Sequence record: DRR723986_3159
Strand: one strand, 5' to 3'
DNA: 43,231 nucleotides
The notes beneath the pieces were generated by a model. That model made no database searches. It was not told where the DNA came from and worked only from the letters and a program-made list of their open reading frames with translations. Position 1 is the stretch's first letter. Every line of letters starts with the position of its first letter. Made by a program: the position numbers and the translations under genes. Positions 18,090-27,195 of the stretch are shown piece by piece.

Positions 18090-18425
18090 ATGGCAGACGC
18101 ATCGGCTTACGCCGAGAATATCAAGAAATACGCAAATGGTGGGTATAACCAGGCAGCCGCAGAGAAGATCGTGGGACATCTCGGCATAGCCCTCCGCAAC
18201 AAGGACAGCTCCATCGTCGCCTGCAGCGACGCAGGCGAACTGGACCGCGTGCGGGAAAAATGGTGCCGGGGAAAACTGGGACTCGCTGAGAAGCAGGGAG
18301 AACTGGACGCAGCCATCAAGACGATTTGCGATCGCATGAGCGCCGAAGGCGGGCAGAAATCGCGGGTGACCTTCTACTACCTTCTGGCAGAGCATTTCGG
18401 AAAGCTCCCGGAACTGGGCAGCTGA
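18090..18425 (+). CDS. DUF2853 family protein
   Basis: MADASAYAENIKKY...LGIALRNKDSSIVACSD..EL.RVRE...KSRVTFYYLLA; SD AGGGG; it is the real C-terminal part of the 766-aa track ORF. Confidence 0.85.
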   Translation: MADASAYAENIKKYANGGYNQAAAEKIVGHLGIALRNKDSSIVACSDAGELDRVREKWCRGKLGLAEKQGELDAAIKTICDRMSAEGGQKSRVTFYYLLAEHFGKLPELGS

Positions 18426-18448
18426 TCCAGGCTGACAAGACAACGGAC

Positions 18449-18480
18449 AAACCCGGCCTCATATGGCCGGGTTTTCTTTT
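18449..18480 (+). terminator. Intrinsic terminator after DUF2853
   Basis: AAACCCGGCC-tcatat-GGCCGGGTTTTCTTTT. Confidence 0.85.
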
Positions 18481-18507
18481 GGCGCAGGCGAAGGCAGACA
18501 ACAGACC

Positions 18508-19044
18508 ATGTACAGACTGTTCGCCGCCCTGCCCGTGCCCGAAGAATTATGGGACGGCCTCGCCGCCCTTCAGGACGGGCTGGATGGCGCGAGCTGGCGT
18601 CCGGAAGAGAACTTCCACATCACCCTGCGCTTTTTCGGGGACCTCACCCACGCCCAAGCCCGGGACCTCGACGACCTGCTGGGCGGCATCCGCTGCCCGC
18701 CTTTTGAAGTGTCGATGGAAGGCACCGGCTGGTTCGGCCGGCGCGAACCTTCCGCCGTCTGGGCACGGGTGAGGGAAAGCGACGAACTGCGCAGCCTGTC
18801 GGCCCAGTGCGAACAGGCGGCCCGGCGCCTCGGTTTCGAACCGGACCGGCGCCCCTTCACCCCGCATGTCACATTGGCCTACCTGCACAATGCCTCGCTG
18901 GAAGACACGCGCCGCTGGGTAGAGGCCCACCACGCCTATCGCAGCGGTCCGTTCACGGCAGACCGGTTCCACCTCTATTCCAGCCACTCCGCCAAAGGCC
19001 GCCCCAGCCGCTACGAGGCGGAGGCGGACTATGTGCTGGAGTAG
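18508..19044 (+). CDS. thpR: RNA 2',3'-cyclic phosphodiesterase (2H phosphoesterase)
   Basis: RLFAAL, two HxT motifs (FHITLRFFG, PHVTLA), FHLYSS. Confidence 0.93.
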   Translation: MYRLFAALPVPEELWDGLAALQDGLDGASWRPEENFHITLRFFGDLTHAQARDLDDLLGGIRCPPFEVSMEGTGWFGRREPSAVWARVRESDELRSLSAQCEQAARRLGFEPDRRPFTPHVTLAYLHNASLEDTRRWVEAHHAYRSGPFTADRFHLYSSHSAKGRPSRYEAEADYVLE

Positions 19045-19048
19045 CTGA

Positions 19049-20578
19049 TCAGCTCGCCGGAACGAAGCGTAGGTCCAGTTCCTGGATCAGCGGCGGATGG
19101 TTGGGCGACATGAGCAGCCAGCCTTCCATCTTTCCGTTTTCGCAGGTCCAGATGAAGGTGCCGCTCATCTGACCGTTCGCCTTGAACGGCGCACCGGTTT
19201 CGCAGGCGCCCGCCTCTTTCTTCAAGTCCGCCAGAGCGCGCTCACGCACCGGGATGGACGCATCCAGAGTGAAGTTCATGGCGAGCTTGCCTTCTGCCGG
19301 CATGAAGCTGCCCTGATCGTACACCGCGCCTGCAGCCGCATAGGCATCCGCAAGCACTGTGCTGACCGGCCATTCGCGGGCGGGCAATTCGCCGGGCCGG
19401 GCGAGTTCGATGGCCGCATCGCGCACACTTCGCGATGGGGCCGCATAGGTCCGGTTCGCGAAGGCGAACACACCCATCCCGGCCTCTGGCAGGAGAAGCA
19501 CATTGGAGCCATAGCCCGGATATCCACCGGAATGCGTCATGGTGAAGCCAAGCTCGCACTCCTGCACGACGGAAAAGCCCATGGCGTAGGTGACCGCCAC
19601 CGCACAGGGGTCGCCATTTGGCTGATCTTCGCGCATGTAGACGCGCGGAAAATTCAGCCCTTGCGACAATTCCCGCACGGAGGAGCGCTTCACGGGGCCG
19701 GTTTCCGGGCCATCCCGCGGCGGCCAGGCGTCCAGCAGGAAGGCGACCCATTTCTGATAGTCATCGGCATTGGTCATCACGCCGCCCATGGCGCCGAAGA
19801 CCCCCGGACCAAGCGCGGGCTCGTCGGAAAACGCCCCCTCTTCCCAGCGATAACCGAGCGCGCGGCGGTCCTGGTCCACGGCATAGACATCATAGCCGGT
19901 CGAGGTCATGCCGAGCGGCAGCATGATTTCGGTGCGGATATAGTCCTCATACGGTATGCCGGAGACATTGGTAATGATCCGGCCCAAAAGGGCATAGCCG
20001 AAATTTGAGTATTCATATTCCATCTGCGGCGCCCGGCTGAACGGTACGCCCTGTTTCAACACTTCGGTAAAGACCTCCTCCGGCATGTCCTGCTGGCGGT
20101 CGCCCCAGGGATTGTCGGTGACGAGGCCGCTGACATGGGCGAGCAGGTCGCGCACGCGAATGCGCGGGGAGTCCGTGGTCGGATAGGTCCAATCCCTCAG
20201 CTCCGGCACGTAATATTCGGCCGGCGCGTCGAGATAGAGCTTGTCTTCATCCCGTAGCTTCAGGATGCCGAGCGCCGTGAAGGCCTTGCTCATCGAGGCG
20301 ATGGAGAACAGGGAATCTGCTGTGACGGGCGCATCGGTTTCGAGGTTCCCCAGACCGGAGGTCTTGAAGTGGACCAGTTCCCCATCCTTCACGATGCCCC
20401 AGACAAGGCCCGGCACATGTTGCTCCGCCTGATAGTCCAGGAAGCGCGCATCGATCCGGTCAGTCACCTCCGCTGGGATGGCAGGCTCCGGCGCCGCCTC
20501 TTCCGCAGCCGCTGCCATGGCAAGTAAAGCCAGCACCGATCCGGCAAGCAGGTTTTTCATCGGGTCGAGCTTCATCAT
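19049..20578 (-). CDS. Serine hydrolase, beta-lactamase-related (class C-like), exported
   Basis: SIASMSKAF (SxxK), YEYSN (YxN), HSGG; signal peptide. Confidence 0.9.
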   Translation of the reverse strand: MMKLDPMKNLLAGSVLALLAMAAAAEEAAPEPAIPAEVTDRIDARFLDYQAEQHVPGLVWGIVKDGELVHFKTSGLGNLETDAPVTADSLFSIASMSKAFTALGILKLRDEDKLYLDAPAEYYVPELRDWTYPTTDSPRIRVRDLLAHVSGLVTDNPWGDRQQDMPEEVFTEVLKQGVPFSRAPQMEYEYSNFGYALLGRIITNVSGIPYEDYIRTEIMLPLGMTSTGYDVYAVDQDRRALGYRWEEGAFSDEPALGPGVFGAMGGVMTNADDYQKWVAFLLDAWPPRDGPETGPVKRSSVRELSQGLNFPRVYMREDQPNGDPCAVAVTYAMGFSVVQECELGFTMTHSGGYPGYGSNVLLLPEAGMGVFAFANRTYAAPSRSVRDAAIELARPGELPAREWPVSTVLADAYAAAGAVYDQGSFMPAEGKLAMNFTLDASIPVRERALADLKKEAGACETGAPFKANGQMSGTFIWTCENGKMEGWLLMSPNHPPLIQELDLRFVPAS

Positions 20579-20756
20579 GGCAGTCCTTTTCCTTCTTCCC
20601 CGCAACACGCGTGAACGACGCCGAACCTAGCTGCGGTTCCGGACAGGCAGCAAGCGCAAGGTTCCAAAAACGCCTCAGGCGACGCCGGGTCAGGCTATAA
20701 AGCGGGCAACGGCCGCGATAAGGTGAGCCCGATAAAAATATTGCCCGGAGGAATTC

Positions 20757-21932
20757 ATGGACATTTCTGGTTATCCGCTCGCCGGATTGAAGGTGCTCGA
20801 CCTGTCGCGTGTTCTGGCCGGACCGTTTGCCACGCGCATGCTCTCCGACCTCGGTGCAGACGTGATCAAGATCGAGCCGCCAGAGGGTGACGTGACCCGG
20901 AATTTTGGCAAGACGGACAATGGCGTTGCTGGCTTTTACCTGCAGCAGAATATCGGCAAGCGAAATGTCTGCATCGACCTGAAGGCCGAAGGAGCCGGCG
21001 AACTGGTACTGGATCTGTGCCGGAAGGCGGATGTGCTGGTGGAAAACTTCCGCCCCGGTGTGATGAAGCGTTTTGGGCTCGACTGGGAGAGTGTTCACGC
21101 GGTCAACCCGAAGCTCGTCATGCTGTCCATTTCCGGCTTCGGTCAAACGGGCCCTGAAAGCGGCCGGGCAGCGTATGCACCGGTCGTCCATGCCGAAGCC
21201 GGCCTGATCGCCCGGCAAGCCGAGATGAGCGAAGGCCCGGCCTATGACCTCCAATACTCGCTGGCAGACTCCTACAGCTCCTTACACGGACTGGTCGGTT
21301 TGCTCGCCGCCCTGCGCGTCGCGGAGCAGACCGGTATCGGCCAGCAGATCGACATCGCCATGATAAACGTCCTGCACGCAACCGATGACTATGCCCATTG
21401 GGCGCTGGACAATAACTGGCCCAAGCCGTCGGAAAATCTTGTTTGGGATGCGCCGGAAGGCAAGCAGATCCTGATATCCTCGGACATGAAATGGCTGTGG
21501 CTCGTCTTGTCGACCAAGGGCGGTCTCGTGGACCCGACCCCCAAAGGCGCTGACCTTGAAACAAAGCTCGCCAATCGCCGCAAAGCCATTGTGGAACATA
21601 TCGCCTCCTATCCCGACTTCGAATCCCTGACCAAGGCGCTCGACCGCATGAACCTCGCCTGGGGGCTCGTGCGGAAATTCGGGGAAGAATCCTATGCCCA
21701 GCAGAGCGTCCGGCATAATGGCGTGCTGGTCGACGTCATCGACGACAAGGGCAATCCCCGCCGGACTGTTCAGTCGCCCTATCGGTTCTCCGCCTCGCGG
21801 AGCGGGATCGAACCCGGCGCACGGCCACCGAAGCGCGGCGAGCACAATCAGGACGCGCTGAACGACTGGCTGGATCTGCCGGCAGAGAAGGTTCAGGCCC
21901 TGGCCGAAGCCGGTATCCTGCTCAGCGAATGA
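20757..21932 (+). CDS. CaiB/BaiF family III CoA-transferase
   Basis: PLAGLKVLDLSRVLAGP, DLGADVIKIEPPEGD, ADVLVENFRPGV, ISGFGQTGP, GEHN. Confidence 0.93.
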   Translation: MDISGYPLAGLKVLDLSRVLAGPFATRMLSDLGADVIKIEPPEGDVTRNFGKTDNGVAGFYLQQNIGKRNVCIDLKAEGAGELVLDLCRKADVLVENFRPGVMKRFGLDWESVHAVNPKLVMLSISGFGQTGPESGRAAYAPVVHAEAGLIARQAEMSEGPAYDLQYSLADSYSSLHGLVGLLAALRVAEQTGIGQQIDIAMINVLHATDDYAHWALDNNWPKPSENLVWDAPEGKQILISSDMKWLWLVLSTKGGLVDPTPKGADLETKLANRRKAIVEHIASYPDFESLTKALDRMNLAWGLVRKFGEESYAQQSVRHNGVLVDVIDDKGNPRRTVQSPYRFSASRSGIEPGARPPKRGEHNQDALNDWLDLPAEKVQALAEAGILLSE

Positions 21933-22012
21933 GCGGGCGCCCTGACAGACCCGAATGGGCACGCAGCATTTGCGTTCCGGAGCAGACGTTGAGGGCGTTG
22001 GGAAAGAAATCA

Positions 22013-22032
22013 TGCCGCTAAGTTGGCTTGAA
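22013..22032 (-). repeat. Displaced 3' fragment of tRNA-Thr (att direct repeat)
   Basis: TGCCGCTAAGTTGGCTTGAA matches 27101-27120 TGCCGCTAAGGTGACTTGAA at 18/20 positions. Confidence 0.8.
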
Positions 22033-22272
22033 GAACACTATGTCTGGAAATCAGTCCGAATCAGGCGTTTCACTGATCGCCTCAACGGTCTGCTTTTTGT
22101 CATTTTGATTTCAACCACTCTCAAACCGCCTCAGCCAGTACTTGATGTAGAGATGGACCTGAAGGTGGAAGAAGATGACACGCACCCTGCCCTGCGCAAG
22201 CGACCACGAGGCAGATCGGCCAAATTGCTAAAGATGATTTCCGGCACATCGCAGCTCATTCGGGGAGCGAAG

Positions 22273-22585
22273 ATGAGACAGAGCAAGGACAACAGAAATT
22301 GGTCCGGCGGACCGATTTCCCGACGCGCCGGGCCGGACGAATCCGCCAAACGACTTGTAAAAGAGATCCGCGCCGGAAGACCCGGCGCAATTTCTCCGCC
22401 GAAGAGAAGATACGCATTGTGCTGGAAGGCCTGCGCGGAGAGTACTGGATTGCCGAGCTGTGTCGGCGCGTGGGGATCGCGCAGAGGCTATATTACACTT
22501 GGTCCAAGGCGTTCCTGGAAGCCGGCAAGAAGCGGCTCTCGGGCGACACAGAACGCCAGACCAAGTCCGGCGAAGCGTAAAGAGC
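22273..22585 (+). pseudogene. IS3-family transposase OrfA remnant
   Basis: MRQ...KRLVKEIR, then a frameshift to RKTRRNFSAEEKIRIVLEGLRGE..IAELCRR.GI...YYTWSK.FLEAGKKRL.GDT; truncated, no OrfB. Confidence 0.85.
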
Positions 22586-22766
22586 AGGTCCATCATCTGT
22601 AGCGAAATCTCCTTGACCAGGAACTCGTCCTCTTTGCAACGGACAGATCAAAAGCCCAGTCCGCCCCACCGATGTTCCGGTTCGTCGAGGCCCGGCCGGG
22701 TGTCTTCGAGCTCGTCATCTTCGGAATTGATGGTTTCGCTCTAAGCGCCCACGAAACCGGGGGACG

Positions 22767-22983
22767 CAAAGTTCAGCAACGAGCTTTTCAACCGGGGTTC
22801 TTCTCCTGGACCCGCTTCAGCTCCCGGACCCGGCCGGACTCCCGACCACCGTACTTCTTCTTCCATTAGTAATACGCAATCTCGGCAATGCCGAGCTTTC
22901 GGACCAAGCGAGCAACCCACAACCCTATCTCGACCTGTTCAGAGCCTCAATGATCTGTCAGTCGATTAGCGCTTTTTCTTCAC
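22767..22983 (-). pseudogene. IS3-family (IS407-group-like) OrfA remnant
   Basis: SD GGAGG then GTG; reconstructs as MKKKR*ST/QIIEAL/QVEIG...RKLGIAEIAYY*WKKKYGG...VRELKRVQEKN/LKKLVAEL, with in-frame stops and frameshifts. Confidence 0.8.
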
Positions 22984-23287
22984 TACGCCTCCCTTATTCA
23001 GGAATATCCAGCAAAAGGCCGGCATCATAACCGGACAACTTACACCCGGTCACGTTTGCTGCTGGCTTCTCGCATGCCATCATGGACACATAAGGTCACA
23101 TCCATTCTTCACGTCGCAGAGGGATATACACCAGTCCAACCTCCCAGGTACGTCGCGCTCAGTAAAAAGAAGCCCCCGCCTTCGCACGCAAGGCGATATT
23201 CTTGTTCGACGCAGTCAACCAAACGACCGCGGATAAAGCCATCAACGGCTCTCCCCCGAATGAATTCCAAAACTTTTCAAAAGTCTC

Positions 23288-23302
23288 TTTACCGCTTATT
23301 AA
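23288..23302 (+). promoter_or_regulatory. Putative CtrA box upstream of the PilZ cassette
   Basis: TTTA-CCGCTTA-TTAA, one mismatch to TTAA-N7-TTAA. Confidence 0.45.
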
Positions 23303-23478
23303 TCTCTTGGCGCACCAGCGCGACCGTTTTGGTCTGTACACGCTGAGTTGGTCCAATTTGCCAACCGACGCGACCACCCAGAAATCCCCTGATAGTGTTA
23401 CCCCAATCTGGTTGCATCACATTTGGGAGACTTGCCGAGTGCTGATCGCCTCGACTCAGGATCGACATCGGAGGAGAT

Positions 23479-23820
23479 ATGGACTTTCTGAAACCAAGAC
23501 CACGTGACAAGCGCCGCCGCGATGCGCGGCGAAAGCAATTCCTGCGCGGTCGCATCGCCTCACTGGAAGAGAAAAACTCCCTCAGTCTGTACACCACTAT
23601 TGTCAATATATCAGATAACGGAGCGAAAATAAACATGCCTTTTAAGTGCATCTTACCATCGAAATTCCTTCTGGAGATACGACATGCGGACAGACTATTG
23701 CCCGAACGACATCGCTGCGTTCTGATGTGGCAAAAAGGTGTTGCTGCAGGTGTTCAGTTCACCCCCCCTTCCGGAAGCAACCTGACACATCTCATGGGCT
23801 ATCAACTCATCAACGACTGA
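23479..23820 (+). CDS. Single-domain PilZ protein
   Basis: RRDARR (RxxxR) and NISDNG (D/NxSxxG) c-di-GMP-binding motifs, C-terminal W....AGVQF; SD GAGGAG. Confidence 0.88.
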   Translation: MDFLKPRPRDKRRRDARRKQFLRGRIASLEEKNSLSLYTTIVNISDNGAKINMPFKCILPSKFLLEIRHADRLLPERHRCVLMWQKGVAAGVQFTPPSGSNLTHLMGYQLIND

Positions 23821-23863
23821 ATAAGATCCCGAAATTTTCATTACCATAGAGAGAGGCAACGAA

Positions 23864-24139
23864 ATGCCTGATGCCGTCAAAGTTTCTGCAAGGGCAGGAA
23901 AAGTGAAAGAAGTTCTATATTCACTTCCGAAGAACTCTGTTCCGTACAGTGATGTTCGCGGATATCCGCAAACCCCTGGCCGGGTCATACGTGAGCCGCA
24001 CGCGCGCCCGATCCTGCCTCCGGATACAACTCCGGGAAGCGCTCGTGGACCCACCCGGATCGAACAGATCGCCATACCTGTACTTTCAGCTTTGCTGTGG
24101 GCAATTTTACTTGTGCCGGTTTTCTGGTTCTTTCGGTAG
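23864..24139 (+). CDS. Small Pro-rich protein with a C-terminal transmembrane helix
   Basis: SD GAGAGG; hydrophobic tail IAIPVLSALLWAILLVPVFWFFR. Confidence 0.55.
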   Translation: MPDAVKVSARAGKVKEVLYSLPKNSVPYSDVRGYPQTPGRVIREPHARPILPPDTTPGSARGPTRIEQIAIPVLSALLWAILLVPVFWFFR

Positions 24140-24276
24140 TCACACCCTGGCAGCTCAGAACACGTATTTTCTTGAAAATGCATTGTACGCCCGAATTCTG
24201 ACGCAACCGGCACCCCCCTGGGAAACTCACCCAACCCGAGCCGGGCTTTTATCAATGATAGTGAAGGAGACATGGA

Positions 24277-24633
24277 ATGGATTTCGGGAGCGACCAAGAA
24301 AGGATATTCTGGACTGAAGCGGCCAGAAGAACCCAAGGCCGTGTCGGAGGCGCCAACTTACGCAAGCTGCCAAGCGGTACTCGCAGGCAGGACCGAAGAA
24401 GCAAAAGTCTGAAGCGCGGCAGGATACATTTCAATCTCGCGCGTTCAACCCTGGATGTAACCATCCTCAATACGAGCTTGACTGGTGCAAAACTCATGCT
24501 CGCGAGCCCTTGGCCTTGCACGCAATTGTTCGAGCTCGAAGTGTTTTCGCCTAGCTCGGGGGAAGTGCAACGCCGTCGCTGTGAGGTTGTTTGGCAAAAG
24601 GGGGTTGAATTAGGAGTGCGCTATCTGAGCTGA
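24277..24633 (+). CDS. Single-domain PilZ protein
   Basis: RRQDRR and NTSLTG motifs, CEVVWQKGVELGVRY; SD AAGGAG. Confidence 0.88.
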   Translation: MDFGSDQERIFWTEAARRTQGRVGGANLRKLPSGTRRQDRRSKSLKRGRIHFNLARSTLDVTILNTSLTGAKLMLASPWPCTQLFELEVFSPSSGEVQRRRCEVVWQKGVELGVRYLS

Positions 24634-25099
24634 CTGATCTGCTCAATGCCCACCTCTAGCAAACCGTTCGCCTCGCTTTTCTTTTGGAGACGGACACCTT
24701 ACGATCGCCGCGGGATACCCCTTCCTCGAGCCGCGAGCTACCCCCGGCGCAAAAGCACCCTTGGCGAAACACAATAAATTAGACAGCTTCCGGCTTTGGC
24801 AACCCACGCAATCTCAGAACAGATGCATTAACCAGCCCGAAGCCATTCCTCGAGCGCACCCCCTTCCGGCACATGCATCAACGAAAGCATTTCCGTGCGC
24901 GATGAGCCGACCCAAAGGTAGCTGGGGAAGAAAGCCTTGCCGGGTGAACTGACGGGTCGAGTCCTGGAGTACGGGACGAATACGTAATTCCACGATTGTC
25001 GTTGTCTAGGAAAGCATCTATTTTGTAATTGGTTCTAAAAAAAATAGAAAATCAGAATTAGCCGCGAACCAAATCAACAACATCTTTGCAGAGTTCTGT

Positions 25100-26041
25100 A
25101 TGGAAACAGTGTCTCAATTGCGTTACCTTTCGGTGCTTGCACAGGAAGGTAACTTTCGACGTGCCGCAGAACGGCTCGGCGTCTCACACTCCAGCTTAAG
25201 TAGTGCTATTTCAAAGCTGGAAGAAAAATATGGCACTCAGATCTTTGTCAGGTCGCGAACGAGGACGGAGCCGACCCCTTTCGGAAAACTGCTGATTGAC
25301 GCAGCCGAGATGGCCTTGGGAGTCATCAATGAGGCTGAACGCGGAATTGAGAAACTCCTTAAAAAAGAGGGGGGCACAGTTGTGATTGGAGGCGACCCGA
25401 TCATCACATCCGGCCCAGTCGCCTACGCCTTGGCAAATCTGGTCCAGGAAACTCCAAACGCGAATTTCAGGGTAATGAACCGTACATGGCGGGTCATGGA
25501 AGACCTCCTTAGAGACGATCTGATTGACATATATGTGGGGTTTGCACCCGACGAACAGGCTACGGATCTGAACTTTTGGTCGTTTCATCTTCCCCCTCCT
25601 ATAGCCGTCGTTCGCACAGGGCATCCACTAAGTGGCGCCGGTGTGCTTTCCATAGATGCGCTGAGCCGCTATCCGCTTGCCGGAGGGGACGCACCGAAAT
25701 GGTATCTGGACAAGCTACAGGCCGCACTTTCAGATCATTTCGCCACTACCGAGGAACTTAAGGAGGTTTTCCTGTTCAGCCAGGATCCTTACCTCACACA
25801 AACCCTGGTTGGAATGACCGACGCGATCGGTCTACTGCCGGTGCATGTTGCAAACAGTGGTAAGTTAAGCGGACAGATTGTTCAGCTGGACGCAAGCGGC
25901 CTGGCCTTGCCGGAGACAGTCGAATTTGTCATTGCCACACGCGACTTACAGTTTTTGCCGCCTCTTGGAGCCGAATTCATTCGTCACCTGAAAATGGTGC
26001 TGGCACAGTCCGGAAGCAAAGTTCTGGTCTCTCCTCTTTGA
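25100..26041 (+). CDS. LysR-family transcriptional regulator
   Basis: LRYLSVLAQEGNFRRAAERLGVSHSSLSSAISKLEEKYG.QIF.R HTH; 313 aa with a substrate-binding domain. Confidence 0.93.
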   Translation: METVSQLRYLSVLAQEGNFRRAAERLGVSHSSLSSAISKLEEKYGTQIFVRSRTRTEPTPFGKLLIDAAEMALGVINEAERGIEKLLKKEGGTVVIGGDPIITSGPVAYALANLVQETPNANFRVMNRTWRVMEDLLRDDLIDIYVGFAPDEQATDLNFWSFHLPPPIAVVRTGHPLSGAGVLSIDALSRYPLAGGDAPKWYLDKLQAALSDHFATTEELKEVFLFSQDPYLTQTLVGMTDAIGLLPVHVANSGKLSGQIVQLDASGLALPETVEFVIATRDLQFLPPLGAEFIRHLKMVLAQSGSKVLVSPL

Positions 26042-26432
26042 CTCTGTAACGTTGCCGCGCACGCGCGTCTGGCTTTTTGCCCAAGGGGTCACAAAATCTA
26101 AAATACAACCCAAAGCAAATAACCTGCATTTCCGTGGAATAAACGGCGCCAAAGATGAGTTCCGTTTAGGCGCTACCACCCAAAACCTCCGGCGACCCGT
26201 CAAGCTGTCGATCCTGGGCGCGCTTCCAGTTAATGCATGAAATTAAAAGGCCCCTCATCTCGATTTCCCAATCAAAGACCTGAGATACTGATTACCGGCT
26301 TCTTAAACACAATCGGTGAGTTCGTGGCCTTAAGCTAGGAGTCTGCCAACATTAGTAGTCACCTATTTATCGGACATCACCGCATCCAGCCATCAATGAT
26401 TTTTTGACGCTCATGGGGCGACTCATGGCTGA

Positions 26433-26821
26433 ATGAAGCAACCGTAAAAACGGTCGCAGTTCGGACGGAACCTTGGCACAGGGCAATGCGGGCAAGCTGC
26501 GCGGTGCCGACACAAGGCGATCAAGGCGGCGCCTGCGCTGGTCGATGGTAAAGGCGAAGCCCTGACCGTAAGGTCATAGACATGGCGCTGGCAGGTGACA
26601 GTGTTGCGCTCTGGCTTTGTCTCAAACGCCTTGCCAGACATGGAAGGTGCCGAGAGCGCTGCTCAGGCAGTGCGGTCGCTCCTTGCCGGTGTCACGAAAG
26701 TTGAACTGACACCCTCCGAGGCCGGAGCATTGCATTGTGGAATGCTTACCGCAAGACGATAGCGTTGACTGAACTTGAAGCGCGTTTGGGAACCCTGAAG
26801 GCACAGCGTGTACGCGACTGA
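26433..26821 (+). pseudogene. DUF5681-like protein pseudogene (phage/satellite-associated)
   Basis: Read across frameshifts: RKNGRSSDGTLAQGNAGKLRGA / HKAIKAAPALVDGKGEALT / KVIDMALAGDSVALWLCLKRL / PDMEGAESAAQAVRSLLAGV..ELTPSEA / AYRKTIALTELEARL. Confidence 0.7.
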
Positions 26822-27093
26822 GGCACAGGATAGATCGACTTGAACAAGAGCTTGCTTCGCGTCAGCCGCCTGTCACTATTGATCCTATTCAAGAAGCCGC
26901 TGCCTTGGAGTGGCTTGATCTCTTCGCTCGGCTGAAGGAAGCCAGCATCACGCCCGGTTTCAAGAAAGCGGATGCTGCAAGGCTGGCGAAATGTGAGGCG
27001 CTAGCAAGCAACCAAGCATGCACCGAAAACCAACGGGCGGACCAGTATATGGACCAAAACCTTAGTTCTCTGTCCAATACTTTGATTTTATGA
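26812..27093 (+). pseudogene. Small ORF whose start codon appears mutated to ACG
   Basis: ACG CGA CTG AGG CAC AGG ATA GAT CGA CTT GAA = (M)RLRHRIDRLEQ..., open to 27093 and overlapping the stop of the DUF5681-like gene. Confidence 0.45.
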
Positions 27094-27097
27094 AGAA

Positions 27098-27173
27098 TGG
27101 TGCCGCTAAGGTGACTTGAACACCTGACCCCCGCATTACGAATGCGATGCTCTACCAGCTGAGCTATAGCGGC
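27098..27173 (-). tRNA. tRNA-Thr (anticodon CGT)
   Basis: GCCGCTATAGCTCAGCTGGTAGAGCATCGCATTCGTAATGCGGGGGTCAGGTGTTCAAGTCACCTTAGCGGCACCA; 76-nt cloverleaf with encoded CCA. Confidence 0.97.
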
Positions 27174-27195
27174 CTAGACCATTCTGAAGGCCCGC

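Larger units (their letters stand above)
22013..27120. mobile_element. Decayed genomic island integrated at tRNA-Thr(CGT)
   Basis: Flanking direct repeat of the tRNA 3' end, visibly lower GC, IS relics, pseudogenes; no integrase found. Confidence 0.78.

Noticed and set aside
16125-18425. 766-aa ORF on the + strand
   Set aside because: Antisense shadow of the GNAT and yccA genes that happens to run in frame into DUF2853; only 18090-18425 has an SD and a recognisable protein.
21955-22602. 215-aa ORF spanning the att repeat
   Set aside because: Chimeric read-through of intergenic DNA into the frameshifted IS3 remnant.
22732-22780. GGGACGCAAAG resembling a c-di-GMP-I riboswitch core near the PilZ genes
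   Set aside because: No proper GAAA-capped stem, upstream GGCAAA or downstream stem; the segment overlaps the antisense of the IS407-like remnant.
23161-23203. Hairpin CGCCTT/AAGGCG with an A-run as a minus-strand sRNA terminator
   Set aside because: Short stem separated from the U-tract and no supporting promoter; too weak to call.
22033-27097. Integrase, CRISPR array or anti-phage defence genes in the island
   Set aside because: No tyrosine or serine recombinase motifs, no regularly spaced repeats and no defence-like ORFs seen.
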